A stretch of 64,000 bases of DNA. It comes from a virus (taxonomy: Duplodnaviria; Caudoviricetes). The notes under the pieces were generated by a model. It had not been told where the DNA came from and did not search any database. It saw only the letters and a program-made list of their open reading frames with translations. The translations under genes and the position numbers were made by a program. The stretch covers positions 1,621 to 65,620 of the IMG/VR virus record IMGVR_UViG_3300033146_000601; one strand, written 5' to 3'. Below, piece by piece: positions 29,735 to 38,616 of this stretch (positions are counted from its first letter, which is position 1; each line of letters starts with the position of its first letter).

Positions 29735-30700
29735 TTACTTTAAATAGTTTTTAGATCGTCTTAATTGTTCTTCAAATGATGTCATTTTATAATTCTGAAT
29801 AATAAGATCAATATTATCTTCAATAATTTTTGGTAAATTATCATAATGTTGAAGATCCACTATATCATATGGTAAATTATAATTTGAAATCAGATTAATT
29901 CCTTTGGCCGCACCAATACCTTTTAACCCAAATATTCCATCAGCTTTATCTCCCATTAATGATAATAATAATGGAATATATTCGGATGTTAATTGTCCAA
30001 TTTTAAATTTTTTATAAATATATTGGATAGCAGTATGAGTGTCAAATAATTCGATAGCCATTTGTTTTTTCCCAGATTGAGATGGAAAAAACCTATTTGT
30101 AACTTGCATAGTATTTTTAAATTTACAAGTTTGTAACAAATCTTTATCATTACTAATAATTATATTTAATGTACCAATTTTTGTACTATCAAATAAATTA
30201 TTCATAATAACATAATGTGGAATAAAATCTGCTTCCAACTGTTTTAAATAATATACTTGGTTTAATATTTTTAATGAATCTTTATTTAATAATTTTTCTA
30301 ATTCAATAAAATAATTAGTTTTAATTTTTTTAAACAGTTCCGATTCATCATCTTTTAAGAAATGAGAAAATGTTGATCTTCCTTGTTTATATGCAGATGA
30401 AATTGCTGTATTTTGTTCATTAATTCCATCATCAAAAAACGTTACAAAAAATGGTGAATATGGACGATAAATATTATATAATTTATTTAAATATGTTCGA
30501 TATTCATTAATTAATATATCAGATGGTTTTTGATTATTAATAAAATAATTAATTTCTGTAAATACATTATTCTTTTGATATAATCCTTTTGCAATAGATT
30601 GTAAATCTATATAAAAAATAATTTTATTAAGATTATATTTATTCAAAATAGTTTTTATTTGTGAATGAGGTATTGAACTCTTAATATAAATATTTGCCAT
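29735..30700 (-). CDS. 5'-3' exonuclease / flap endonuclease (T4 RNase H-like)
   Basis: IDLQS, FFDD, YKQGR, EADF, SNDKDLLQ, GDKADGIFGLKGIG. Confidence 0.9.
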   Translation of the reverse strand: MANIYIKSSIPHSQIKTILNKYNLNKIIFYIDLQSIAKGLYQKNNVFTEINYFINNQKPSDILINEYRTYLNKLYNIYRPYSPFFVTFFDDGINEQNTAISSAYKQGRSTFSHFLKDDESELFKKIKTNYFIELEKLLNKDSLKILNQVYYLKQLEADFIPHYVIMNNLFDSTKIGTLNIIISNDKDLLQTCKFKNTMQVTNRFFPSQSGKKQMAIELFDTHTAIQYIYKKFKIGQLTSEYIPLLLSLMGDKADGIFGLKGIGAAKGINLISNYNLPYDIVDLQHYDNLPKIIEDNIDLIIQNYKMTSFEEQLRRSKNYLK

Positions 30701-30733
30701 AAAAAATCCTTTAATAAAATTAATATATATTAT

Positions 30734-30803
30734 TATTATTTCTATATAAAATATTTAAATGTTAATTTTTTAAAATACCCATTAAAAATTAATTTCTATA
30801 TAA
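30734..30803 (-). promoter_or_regulatory. Two tandem phage promoter cores
   Basis: TTTCTATATA at ~30739 and ~30793, upstream of the 30700 start. Confidence 0.65.
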
Positions 30804-30825
30804 AATATGAAATTTAAAAAATACA

Positions 30826-32346
30826 TTAATATCCGGGTTCTTCATTCCCAGGTTTATTAGATAACCAAGTACCATCATGTTGACCAACTTCTGTAAATTT
30901 TGGATCACCTCGTTTACTTTGATCCCCAGCTGATGATTTAATAAGATGACTATCCTCAGATCCATCTGGATTAAAATCGGTAGGAACGGATTCTTCTTCA
31001 CATATAGTTGTTACATGATCTCCGGTACCTTCAATATCATCTGGAGTAGGATCATCTTGAATATAAGAAACTGGAGGAATGCGATATCTTAAAAATAATG
31101 TTTTATTAGAATGATATAAATATGGTTCGTTGTAATTTTCTCTAATAAATATATTCATAATATTTATTGGAGTATGTAAAAATTGATCTTCTAAATGTGG
31201 ATCTAGATTATAAATCTTTCCAAATTGAACAAAATCCGGAACACAATATGAAAATTCATAAAATGCAAATTCTTTAATTGCATCATCAAAAAATGTTCCC
31301 GCATTTTTATATCGTATAGTAGCATTTTCGTATGAATCAGAACAATATAGTCTAGTATCAGCAGAAGTAGTTGGATATGCCTGTGTCATTTCTAATCCAG
31401 GTTTAAAATAATTAACTGACCTTCCTTCTAATAGAGGTTCAGTTACCATTTGTCCTTGCATTTTATATGGCACAAATCCAGATGGTGCCCACCATTCTTG
31501 GCTATATCGACTATCTTTTTGATTAAATAATATTTTATCTATTGGATTTTTATTATATAAACATTTTTTAAAATCAGATATTGATACACTTTTATAAAAT
31601 GTATACATTGATGACATATCTGAATATTTATTAACATCAACTGAAACGAAGTTGGTTTTTGTTCCATAATTAATATAAGTATTAACTATTTCTTTAATTT
31701 TATCTGAACTAAATTCGAAAGGATCGAAAAAATAACTTGCAAATGAATGACTAAAATGATATTTATCTATAATATAAGCGGGAATATCTAAATCAGTTTC
31801 TGCTTTAGTTAATATATGTTCGTAATGAAATTCATTTATTTCATGAGCAGGACCAATCCAACGATATTGAAAAATATCTCCAAATGTATTGGTAATAAAA
31901 TCATGAAAATCTATCAATGTATCTTTAGCTCGTTTATTAGAAACGATTTTATTATAGGTGTTAAATTTCCCCATATAATATAATATTGGATGAACTAATA
32001 TTAAAGTACACACATTAGTTTGTTGATTAAATTTAGATGGATTATCTGGAAATACACCAATACATTGTAATACACAATCATATAATATTTTATCAAATAT
32101 ATCATCTCTATCCCCATGTTGTATTGAATGGATAGATAATCTCATTTTTGGAAAATAATTTTTAGTTACCATTGACAAAGCTTCAATAATAATTTTTTCA
32201 GGTAATATTAATTTAATTGAACAAAATGCTGAGGTTTTAGTTATATTTGCTTTAATAAATGCACAATATTGTACATCAATATAAGTCATATTATTATCTA
32301 ATAATACTAACACAATTTCATATCGTTGTAATTTAACTTCGGTCAT
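30826..32346 (-). CDS. Hypothetical protein, possibly baseplate hub-like
   Basis: 506-aa ORF with RBS AGGAG; functional guess is weak. Confidence 0.5.
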   Translation of the reverse strand: MTEVKLQRYEIVLVLLDNNMTYIDVQYCAFIKANITKTSAFCSIKLILPEKIIIEALSMVTKNYFPKMRLSIHSIQHGDRDDIFDKILYDCVLQCIGVFPDNPSKFNQQTNVCTLILVHPILYYMGKFNTYNKIVSNKRAKDTLIDFHDFITNTFGDIFQYRWIGPAHEINEFHYEHILTKAETDLDIPAYIIDKYHFSHSFASYFFDPFEFSSDKIKEIVNTYINYGTKTNFVSVDVNKYSDMSSMYTFYKSVSISDFKKCLYNKNPIDKILFNQKDSRYSQEWWAPSGFVPYKMQGQMVTEPLLEGRSVNYFKPGLEMTQAYPTTSADTRLYCSDSYENATIRYKNAGTFFDDAIKEFAFYEFSYCVPDFVQFGKIYNLDPHLEDQFLHTPINIMNIFIRENYNEPYLYHSNKTLFLRYRIPPVSYIQDDPTPDDIEGTGDHVTTICEEESVPTDFNPDGSEDSHLIKSSAGDQSKRGDPKFTEVGQHDGTWLSNKPGNEEPGY

Positions 32347-32361
32347 AAATTTCTCCTAATT

Positions 32362-34101
32362 TTAAAACTGAACACTTTGAATAGCATCTAAATAATAATT
32401 AGGAAATAAAACTTTATTTTGATTTAATAATCGGTTAAAATTGCCATCTAAAATATATGTATTTGCATAGTCTTCAACACTTCTGATTGATCTACCAGAA
32501 CATTGAATAATATTTATTACGGCATTTCTTGTATACCACATATTATTTAATTGCATTTTAGTTTTTATCCAAACATCTCCAAGATTTAAATATGGAACTT
32601 TAAGTAATATTTGGAACCTAGACAAATTATCATATAAATCAATTCCAGCCATCATAGATGGACTGACTAATATTTTATTTCCAGATTTTACTAATTTTGG
32701 AATATTATTTTTCTGATGAGCTGTTGGAATTATTATATCTTTTTTATATTTGCTATGTTTTTTAATAAATTCAGCATTAGCATAACTAACACTATGAATT
32801 ACCCCATTTACAGATTTATCATGTTTTCGATGATATCCAATTATATGATCAATGACTTTAACAAAATTAGGTAAAACTTTTTCTTTATTTCGAAAATTTA
32901 AACTTCCAATATTATTTATAAAATATACTTGTCTATTTTGCACAGGAATAACTGCGGATACTTCATTATATACATAATTAGTTAATCCTAAATTTGAAGA
33001 GAAAACATCTTTTCCACAAATTGTAGCAGACATAAAAATCATTTTTTTACATTTTGAACTTATGGTACTATGAAAGAATTCATAAACATCTAATGGTTTA
33101 ATTACAATTTTATAATTATCAATATCTAATTCTCGATGAGATACAACCCATTCCGTATTTGATTTTAAAAATGTTGAATATTTATCAATATGATTAGATA
33201 AATTATCAATAATTTTTCCAATTTTAATTAACTTAGGATCAAATTTATTATTTGATTCTAATTCTTTATTTAATTCATTTGTTGCTTCTAATACAATAGG
33301 GGTATATGTTGTTATAAATTTTTTAATATATGATTTAATTTCATCAATTGTTGATCCTTTATTATTTGATAAATCCTGAATTTGGTTTAAAAATTGAGAA
33401 TTATTTGGAACTTTAATTGATTTAAATCTAGTTAAACAATTAGTAAATTTTATTAATTTAGCAGAAGATATTGTTACAGTTGCTATATCAGCTAAAATAT
33501 TTTCAATTTCTTGACATTCATCAAACACAACAATATCAGCAGTTAATTTACAATTATGTAAAAAATAATGATAATTAACAATTCCAATATTATGAGTATA
33601 AAATTCTTTTTTTTGAAGAATGAATTCACAACTAGAAAACATTGGACATTTTTTTCCTTGACATCCTGGAGATCCATAATAAACCGCTTCTGGAGTATTA
33701 TTACTATCAAGATGATAAGAACATTTATAATTTCTTGCAGACCATATAAAACTAGTATCTTTTTGTGATTTAAACGAATCAATATACTGATTTTGTAATT
33801 GTTTTGTTAATGTACAAAATATTATTTTTGGTTGTTTCTTTTTAACTGAAGTTTCATCATCATCTTCACAATCAAAACATTCTAATTTAGAATCAGAATC
33901 TGATTTTTTCGATTCCATATTTTCTAATATTGTTTTAGCCGCTGTATAAGCAATAACTGATTTACCAGTTCCAGTAGAAGCTTCTAATATATAATTATCA
34001 GCATCTTTCAAATTAGTAACCATATGATCAATAATATCATATTGATTATCACGAAAATTTTCAAATGGAAAATTTGATTTGATTTGTTCTGAAACAGACA
34101 T
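32362..34101 (-). CDS. DinG/XPD-family Fe-S helicase
   Basis: EASTGTGKS, TKQLQNQY, NYKC...C...C...C, DECQ, MSATI, GIDL, KVPY, QCSGRSIRS..DY. Confidence 0.9.
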   Translation of the reverse strand: MSVSEQIKSNFPFENFRDNQYDIIDHMVTNLKDADNYILEASTGTGKSVIAYTAAKTILENMESKKSDSDSKLECFDCEDDDETSVKKKQPKIIFCTLTKQLQNQYIDSFKSQKDTSFIWSARNYKCSYHLDSNNTPEAVYYGSPGCQGKKCPMFSSCEFILQKKEFYTHNIGIVNYHYFLHNCKLTADIVVFDECQEIENILADIATVTISSAKLIKFTNCLTRFKSIKVPNNSQFLNQIQDLSNNKGSTIDEIKSYIKKFITTYTPIVLEATNELNKELESNNKFDPKLIKIGKIIDNLSNHIDKYSTFLKSNTEWVVSHRELDIDNYKIVIKPLDVYEFFHSTISSKCKKMIFMSATICGKDVFSSNLGLTNYVYNEVSAVIPVQNRQVYFINNIGSLNFRNKEKVLPNFVKVIDHIIGYHRKHDKSVNGVIHSVSYANAEFIKKHSKYKKDIIIPTAHQKNNIPKLVKSGNKILVSPSMMAGIDLYDNLSRFQILLKVPYLNLGDVWIKTKMQLNNMWYTRNAVINIIQCSGRSIRSVEDYANTYILDGNFNRLLNQNKVLFPNYYLDAIQSVQF

Positions 34102-34133
34102 ATTACTCCTTTTAAGTAGTAGTAAATTTAATA

Positions 34134-34850
34134 TTAATTATTTAAATAATAATTAATAGTATATTCTAAATCTTTATTATTTTTAAGCATGCTGGATTGG
34201 TTAGCCATCCATTCCAAATATCCTAATTCATGTTTCGCAATCCACGTAAATAATTTATCTTTATGTTTGCCAAACATCATTTTTTTTAATAATAATGGTG
34301 AAGTACTAATATTAATCATTTGGTTTAATATATCTGAAATAGTTTTTGAATCGTCTGTTTGAAATTTATGATAAATATAATAAAAAATTTGTTCTAATAC
34401 TAAAATATCACCCAATGCATCATGAGCATTAATTTTCTCATTTAATTGAATATTTAAATAATATCTTAAATATTGTAAATTGTATTTAGGAATTTTTAAT
34501 TCTTTATCAATAAACATAATTAATTTATAAGTACAAATATAATGAGGAATTATTAATCCTTCATTTTCTAATATTGAAACATCGAAATTTGCATTATGTG
34601 CGATTAAAATATTTTTTTTATCATTTAATATTTTTTGAAATTCAATATAAGAACCACTATCTTTAAATGTTGGTTTATCTGTTAAAAAATCGTTTGTTAT
34701 ATGATTAACAGCCATAGTATCAAAACTTACGGGAATAGGCGGTTTAAAATATTTATTAAATATAGTTTTATCCATTTTGTACGCTAATTGACATAAATAG
34801 TCGGCTTTTGGATCTGGTCCTGTAGTTTCAACATCTGTAAAAATTAACAT
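34134..34850 (-). CDS. DEDDh 3'-5' exonuclease (ExoX-like)
   Basis: DVETTG, AHNANFD, ICTYKL, AHDALGD, MFGKHK. Confidence 0.9.
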   Translation of the reverse strand: MLIFTDVETTGPDPKADYLCQLAYKMDKTIFNKYFKPPIPVSFDTMAVNHITNDFLTDKPTFKDSGSYIEFQKILNDKKNILIAHNANFDVSILENEGLIIPHYICTYKLIMFIDKELKIPKYNLQYLRYYLNIQLNEKINAHDALGDILVLEQIFYYIYHKFQTDDSKTISDILNQMINISTSPLLLKKMMFGKHKDKLFTWIAKHELGYLEWMANQSSMLKNNKDLEYTINYYLNN

Positions 34851-34887
34851 TTTGTCCCCTTTTTTAATAAAAAAAATACCATTTAAA

Positions 34888-34953
34888 ATATAATTTCTAT
34901 CTATAATTTGACAATTAAAATATTCAATAGTTTTATATAGAAATTATATTAAT
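34888..34953. promoter_or_regulatory. Divergent pair of phage promoters
   Basis: Minus-strand core at 34888-34902 and plus-strand ATTC-N11-ATAGAAATTATATTAAT at 34922-34953. Confidence 0.7.
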
Positions 34954-35487
34954 ATGAAAAATTCGAAACGAATTTTTCTTGCTATCAAGACAACTAAAGT
35001 TTTTTCAAAGGTTGGGACAATTCCCCCCCAATACTTTGAAAAAACTTTAGCTAGTCGCCAACCTGATGGGGTTGGTTCGATTTTTAATAAAGTCATCACT
35101 GAAGATGACATTATTAATGCTAATTGGGCCGATTACCATCATCCAAACTTAATGTTTGGGTGTACAGCGTTCAGATCGTCCATACCAGGACGGTTGGGTG
35201 TTGTAAGGTTGAAGGATCTCAATCCGTCTATAATGGTATCCCTCGTGGATCCAAAAGAGACGGGTCAGGTCTCAGCTGTAATTAAGACTTCGGCGCAGAT
35301 AGTTGCTCCGGATGTTGATTTTACGGTTGTTATCCTGGGAAAAGAGGGAGGACAAGAAATTGTGTTTACCCTCCATCCTGGAGATCCTATTTTACCCAGT
35401 GAAGTTTCTTCAAAACTTGCTGGGAAGACCATTTCAATTTCAGAAGCAATTGCTTTGGGATTGGAATGGGCTTCATTGAATCATTAG
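34954..35487 (+). CDS. Hypothetical early protein, probably leaderless
   Basis: 177 aa, GC above flanks, no RBS, ATG immediately after the promoter. Confidence 0.75.
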   Translation: MKNSKRIFLAIKTTKVFSKVGTIPPQYFEKTLASRQPDGVGSIFNKVITEDDIINANWADYHHPNLMFGCTAFRSSIPGRLGVVRLKDLNPSIMVSLVDPKETGQVSAVIKTSAQIVAPDVDFTVVILGKEGGQEIVFTLHPGDPILPSEVSSKLAGKTISISEAIALGLEWASLNH

Positions 35488-35695
35488 ATTCAATGTAAAC
35501 GTGCAAAGAGTTCATAGTTAAGCTTATGACTACGTAAAGTCATGAAAACTATGTCAGGTTGTTAATCTATTCCTGTTAAAAAAAAGATTAATGCGGTCGT
35601 CACTGCCAAAGGGTCATAAGTGATACAGGAGTAAACCTGTATAAACAATCAACGAATTACATTGGGTAATTCGTTTTTATTTGAACCTGATATAT
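35488..35695 (+). ncRNA. Candidate structured ncRNA 2 (~200 nt)
   Basis: Stems CATAGTT/AACTATG, ATGACT-ACGTAA-AGTCAT, TTAATCT/AGATTAA, TCACT/AGTGA, TACAGG-AGTAAA-CCTGTA, AACGAATTAC/GTAATTCGTT, TCAGGTT/AACCTGA. Confidence 0.65.
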
Positions 35696-35732
35696 TAATA
35701 ACCAAAATCTAAAGATTCAAGGAGAAGTTTTT

Positions 35733-35906
35733 ATGAAATTTACAATTTCGAACGAAAAAGGATCTGTTTCAATTGAGAAAGAATCTAATACATTTAAAGT
35801 TAAAGGATCATTTCAAGGAGTCAAACTTGAATTTGAAGCCCCAGCAGTTTCAGAAAAAAAAGATAATTTAATTTATTTAAAAGAAATCGGTGAACCCGGT
35901 ATATAA
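35733..35906 (+). CDS. Small hypothetical protein (57 aa)
   Basis: MKFTISNEKGSVSIEKE...GEPGI; RBS AAGGAG; followed by a terminator. Confidence 0.65.
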   Translation: MKFTISNEKGSVSIEKESNTFKVKGSFQGVKLEFEAPAVSEKKDNLIYLKEIGEPGI

Positions 35907-35916
35907 AAAAATTAAT

Positions 35917-35941
35917 CCTCGCATTCAATTAGAATGCGAGG
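35917..35941. terminator. Bidirectional terminator
   Basis: CCTCGCATTC-AATTA-GAATGCGAGG between convergent genes. Confidence 0.85.
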
Positions 35942-35949
35942 ACTTTTAT

Positions 35950-37284
35950 TTATTTTTTTTTAACGATTGTTTTATAATGAATAGATTCGGAAAAATCTAC
36001 ACAATCATCAGGATCTTTATCAATTCTATTAGCGACAAAAATCGGAAAACGAGGTTTAGATGCATTAGTAAATCCTTGAAATTTTATTTCAATTACTTCC
36101 GGAATATTATCTAACATATCTTTTCGTTCCATATCAGTAAATCCTGAACCTACTTTAAATGATATTTTTTTATCATCAATCATATAATAGCAATTCAATT
36201 TACCAACTAAATTAGAATATTTCCCTTCTCCAAAATCAAAATCTTCAACAATAACATCAAGATCGATTTCATCCGAATACATAAACTTTTTACATTTTAA
36301 CCAATTATTAGATCGTTTATATTCATATTTAGAAGATAAATTTTTACAAACTATTCCTTCTTCTCCAGAATTACATATCTGTTCAGTTAATTTTATTAAA
36401 TCATCATTTGTTTTATAATCAGAACAAATATGATGTTCAACTAATTTTAATTTTTTAAATTGTTTAGTTTTTGCTGCATATTTAAATATATTAAATAATA
36501 TTTTATAACGTTCACTAAATGGAATTTTCGGAATAGTTAAATCAAATATATTAAAAGTAAAATTAGAATTATCAAATTCTTTACTTCGACATTCACCCAT
36601 TAAATTTTGGAAATCAGTAGTTATGACTTCACCATCTTTTAAAATATCATCTGTATAATATGGAGGAACGATCTTTTTAAATATTTTATCAAATCGTTCT
36701 AGTTCTTTATCAAAAATTGAAAAATTATTATAATTCAATCCATTTCGACTAAAATATGATCCATTATTTGCTACAACTCTAACCCCATCTAATTTAATAG
36801 ACCAACACATATTATCAAATGTATTACAAGCTTTTATATGTTTATCTATATCATCTATACATAACATAACACCAAAATCAGGAAGATTCGGGAATACTTT
36901 TTTAAATGTTTTTAATCCTGCCCCAACTTTTAATTTTTTATTAATAATGCGTTTAATTACGTCTACCGTATATTCATCATATGATGCAAATTTAGACAAC
37001 CAAAGATTATCATCATTAGTTGCCCCATTTTTAGTAGTTAAATAATCTAACATTTTCCATAAATTAATATGATCTTCTGTCATATATTTAGATTTAAATT
37101 CATTATCTAATTTAATAAATTCAAGTTTTGTCACATTATACCGTTTATAAATATTCAAACATAATTCAACAACTTTACTAAAATCAGAATTAGTTTCATA
37201 TTGTTTGATTATTTTCAATTTTTCAGATGATTTTGATGTTTCTGATATTAATTGCAAAATATCATAAACTGGTTTTAAAGACAT
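35950..37284 (-). CDS. ATP-dependent DNA ligase
   Basis: KLDGVR, SRNG, DGEV, FDL, EEGIVCK, KRSNNWLKCK, VGSGF, PRFP. Confidence 0.95.
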   Translation of the reverse strand: MSLKPVYDILQLISETSKSSEKLKIIKQYETNSDFSKVVELCLNIYKRYNVTKLEFIKLDNEFKSKYMTEDHINLWKMLDYLTTKNGATNDDNLWLSKFASYDEYTVDVIKRIINKKLKVGAGLKTFKKVFPNLPDFGVMLCIDDIDKHIKACNTFDNMCWSIKLDGVRVVANNGSYFSRNGLNYNNFSIFDKELERFDKIFKKIVPPYYTDDILKDGEVITTDFQNLMGECRSKEFDNSNFTFNIFDLTIPKIPFSERYKILFNIFKYAAKTKQFKKLKLVEHHICSDYKTNDDLIKLTEQICNSGEEGIVCKNLSSKYEYKRSNNWLKCKKFMYSDEIDLDVIVEDFDFGEGKYSNLVGKLNCYYMIDDKKISFKVGSGFTDMERKDMLDNIPEVIEIKFQGFTNASKPRFPIFVANRIDKDPDDCVDFSESIHYKTIVKKK

Positions 37285-37298
37285 AATTAAATTCCTTA

Positions 37299-38498
37299 TT
37301 ATATATTAATAATTTGTTTTTCTGTACTGAATAACCCACAAGCATCCAATGTAGTATCGGGCACTAATGAAATTATTTCGCCAGGATCTTGATTCGATAT
37401 AGTTGTTGTGCATGCTTTTCCAAATGAAGATGGATGTATATTACTAACTTCTGACGGGGGTCTTGTCATATTAGGAGTAATTAAACTAATTCGAGACAAT
37501 AATAATGGATATAAATTAGTAGTGTCATATAAAAAATTACCACTTAATCCTGAATTTGCTCCATTAGAAAGTTTGGCTGATGTTAAAAAATATTTAATAA
37601 TATTTAACTCATTTATATTTAATCTACTTTTTATTCCGCCTTTCGATGTGTCGATTGACAATGAAGTAATTTTATTAATATATGGTTTTAGAATAAACTC
37701 CAAAAATGTAACACGCTTAAATGAAAAATCTATAAAACTGACCGGTCCAGATAATGATAATTCAAAACTTTTTAATATAATTTGTTTTAAATTAATTTCT
37801 GGCAAATCAGGATAACATTGCCGATATATATTCTTTGTATAATCATCCAAAATTATCAATTCTAATTTTTCAATTATAGTTTTCAAATCTGGATCTGTAT
37901 TAAATTTAATACTAAATAAATGTGTTAAATCATCAATTGTGTAAATTTCTTGATCTAATTTATTAAAAGCACAAAAATCATTATATAATTTTACCTCATT
38001 TTCATTTTCTTCATCTATAAATAATTGTAAAAATGCAGTTAATGGAATATTCTGTCTAGTAATTATAACTAATCCTTGTTCAAAATAATATGTAATACTA
38101 TTAAATAATGTTGAAATAATTAAACTATTTTTTTTAACTGTTATTGGATAATCAATCAAATATAACCCTGGAACATAATAATTTCCATTTAAATAAAAGT
38201 AATTATCTTCAATTAAAGTAGGAACAAATAATGATAAAAACTCATCTTCTTCATTTGTTATATTATTTTTAACTGTTACACTAATTTTTGAAAACTTTGA
38301 ATTATACATTCCTGTATAATTTATTTTATCTTCAATTTTTTTATCAATTATTGTTAAATAATTATTTCTTAGACTAGAAACAAAATTAACACCATATTCA
38401 ATATAATTTAATATTTGGAAATATTCATATTTTCTAAATGATATCGGGTTAATATATTTGTAAAAATCTGAGGTTTTTCTAGACTGTAATAAATTCAT
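37299..38498 (-). CDS. RNA polymerase B, beta N-terminal part
   Basis: VPTLIEDNYFYLNG, FKRV, IHPSSFGKAC...DPGEI (bacterial VHP.HYGR.CP.ETPEG equivalent). Confidence 0.8.
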   Translation of the reverse strand: MNLLQSRKTSDFYKYINPISFRKYEYFQILNYIEYGVNFVSSLRNNYLTIIDKKIEDKINYTGMYNSKFSKISVTVKNNITNEEDEFLSLFVPTLIEDNYFYLNGNYYVPGLYLIDYPITVKKNSLIISTLFNSITYYFEQGLVIITRQNIPLTAFLQLFIDEENENEVKLYNDFCAFNKLDQEIYTIDDLTHLFSIKFNTDPDLKTIIEKLELIILDDYTKNIYRQCYPDLPEINLKQIILKSFELSLSGPVSFIDFSFKRVTFLEFILKPYINKITSLSIDTSKGGIKSRLNINELNIIKYFLTSAKLSNGANSGLSGNFLYDTTNLYPLLLSRISLITPNMTRPPSEVSNIHPSSFGKACTTTISNQDPGEIISLVPDTTLDACGLFSTEKQIINI

Positions 38499-38547
38499 AA
38501 AAAATCCTTTTTTTAAAAAAATTAAAATAAATAAATATTATTATTTA

Positions 38548-38574
38548 AATTATTTCTATATGAAATAGTTAAAT
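38548..38574 (-). promoter_or_regulatory. Phage promoter
   Basis: ATTT-N11-ATAGAAATAA upstream of beta-N. Confidence 0.6.
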
Positions 38575-38579
38575 AATAG

Positions 38580-38613
38580 AAGCCCATACTAATATAATTA
38601 TTAGTATGGGCTT
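38580..38613. terminator. Intrinsic terminator
   Basis: AAGCCCATACTAAT/ATTAGTATGGGCTT stem. Confidence 0.8.
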
Positions 38614-38616
38614 TTT

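Noticed and set aside
35585-35645. Cobalamin riboswitch or twister ribozyme
   Set aside because: Only fragments resemble them (GTCACTG, CAGGAG..ACCTG; TAATGCGG, GGTCATAAG); the AGGGAA/GGTG..AA.TCC core and the twister closing strands are missing.
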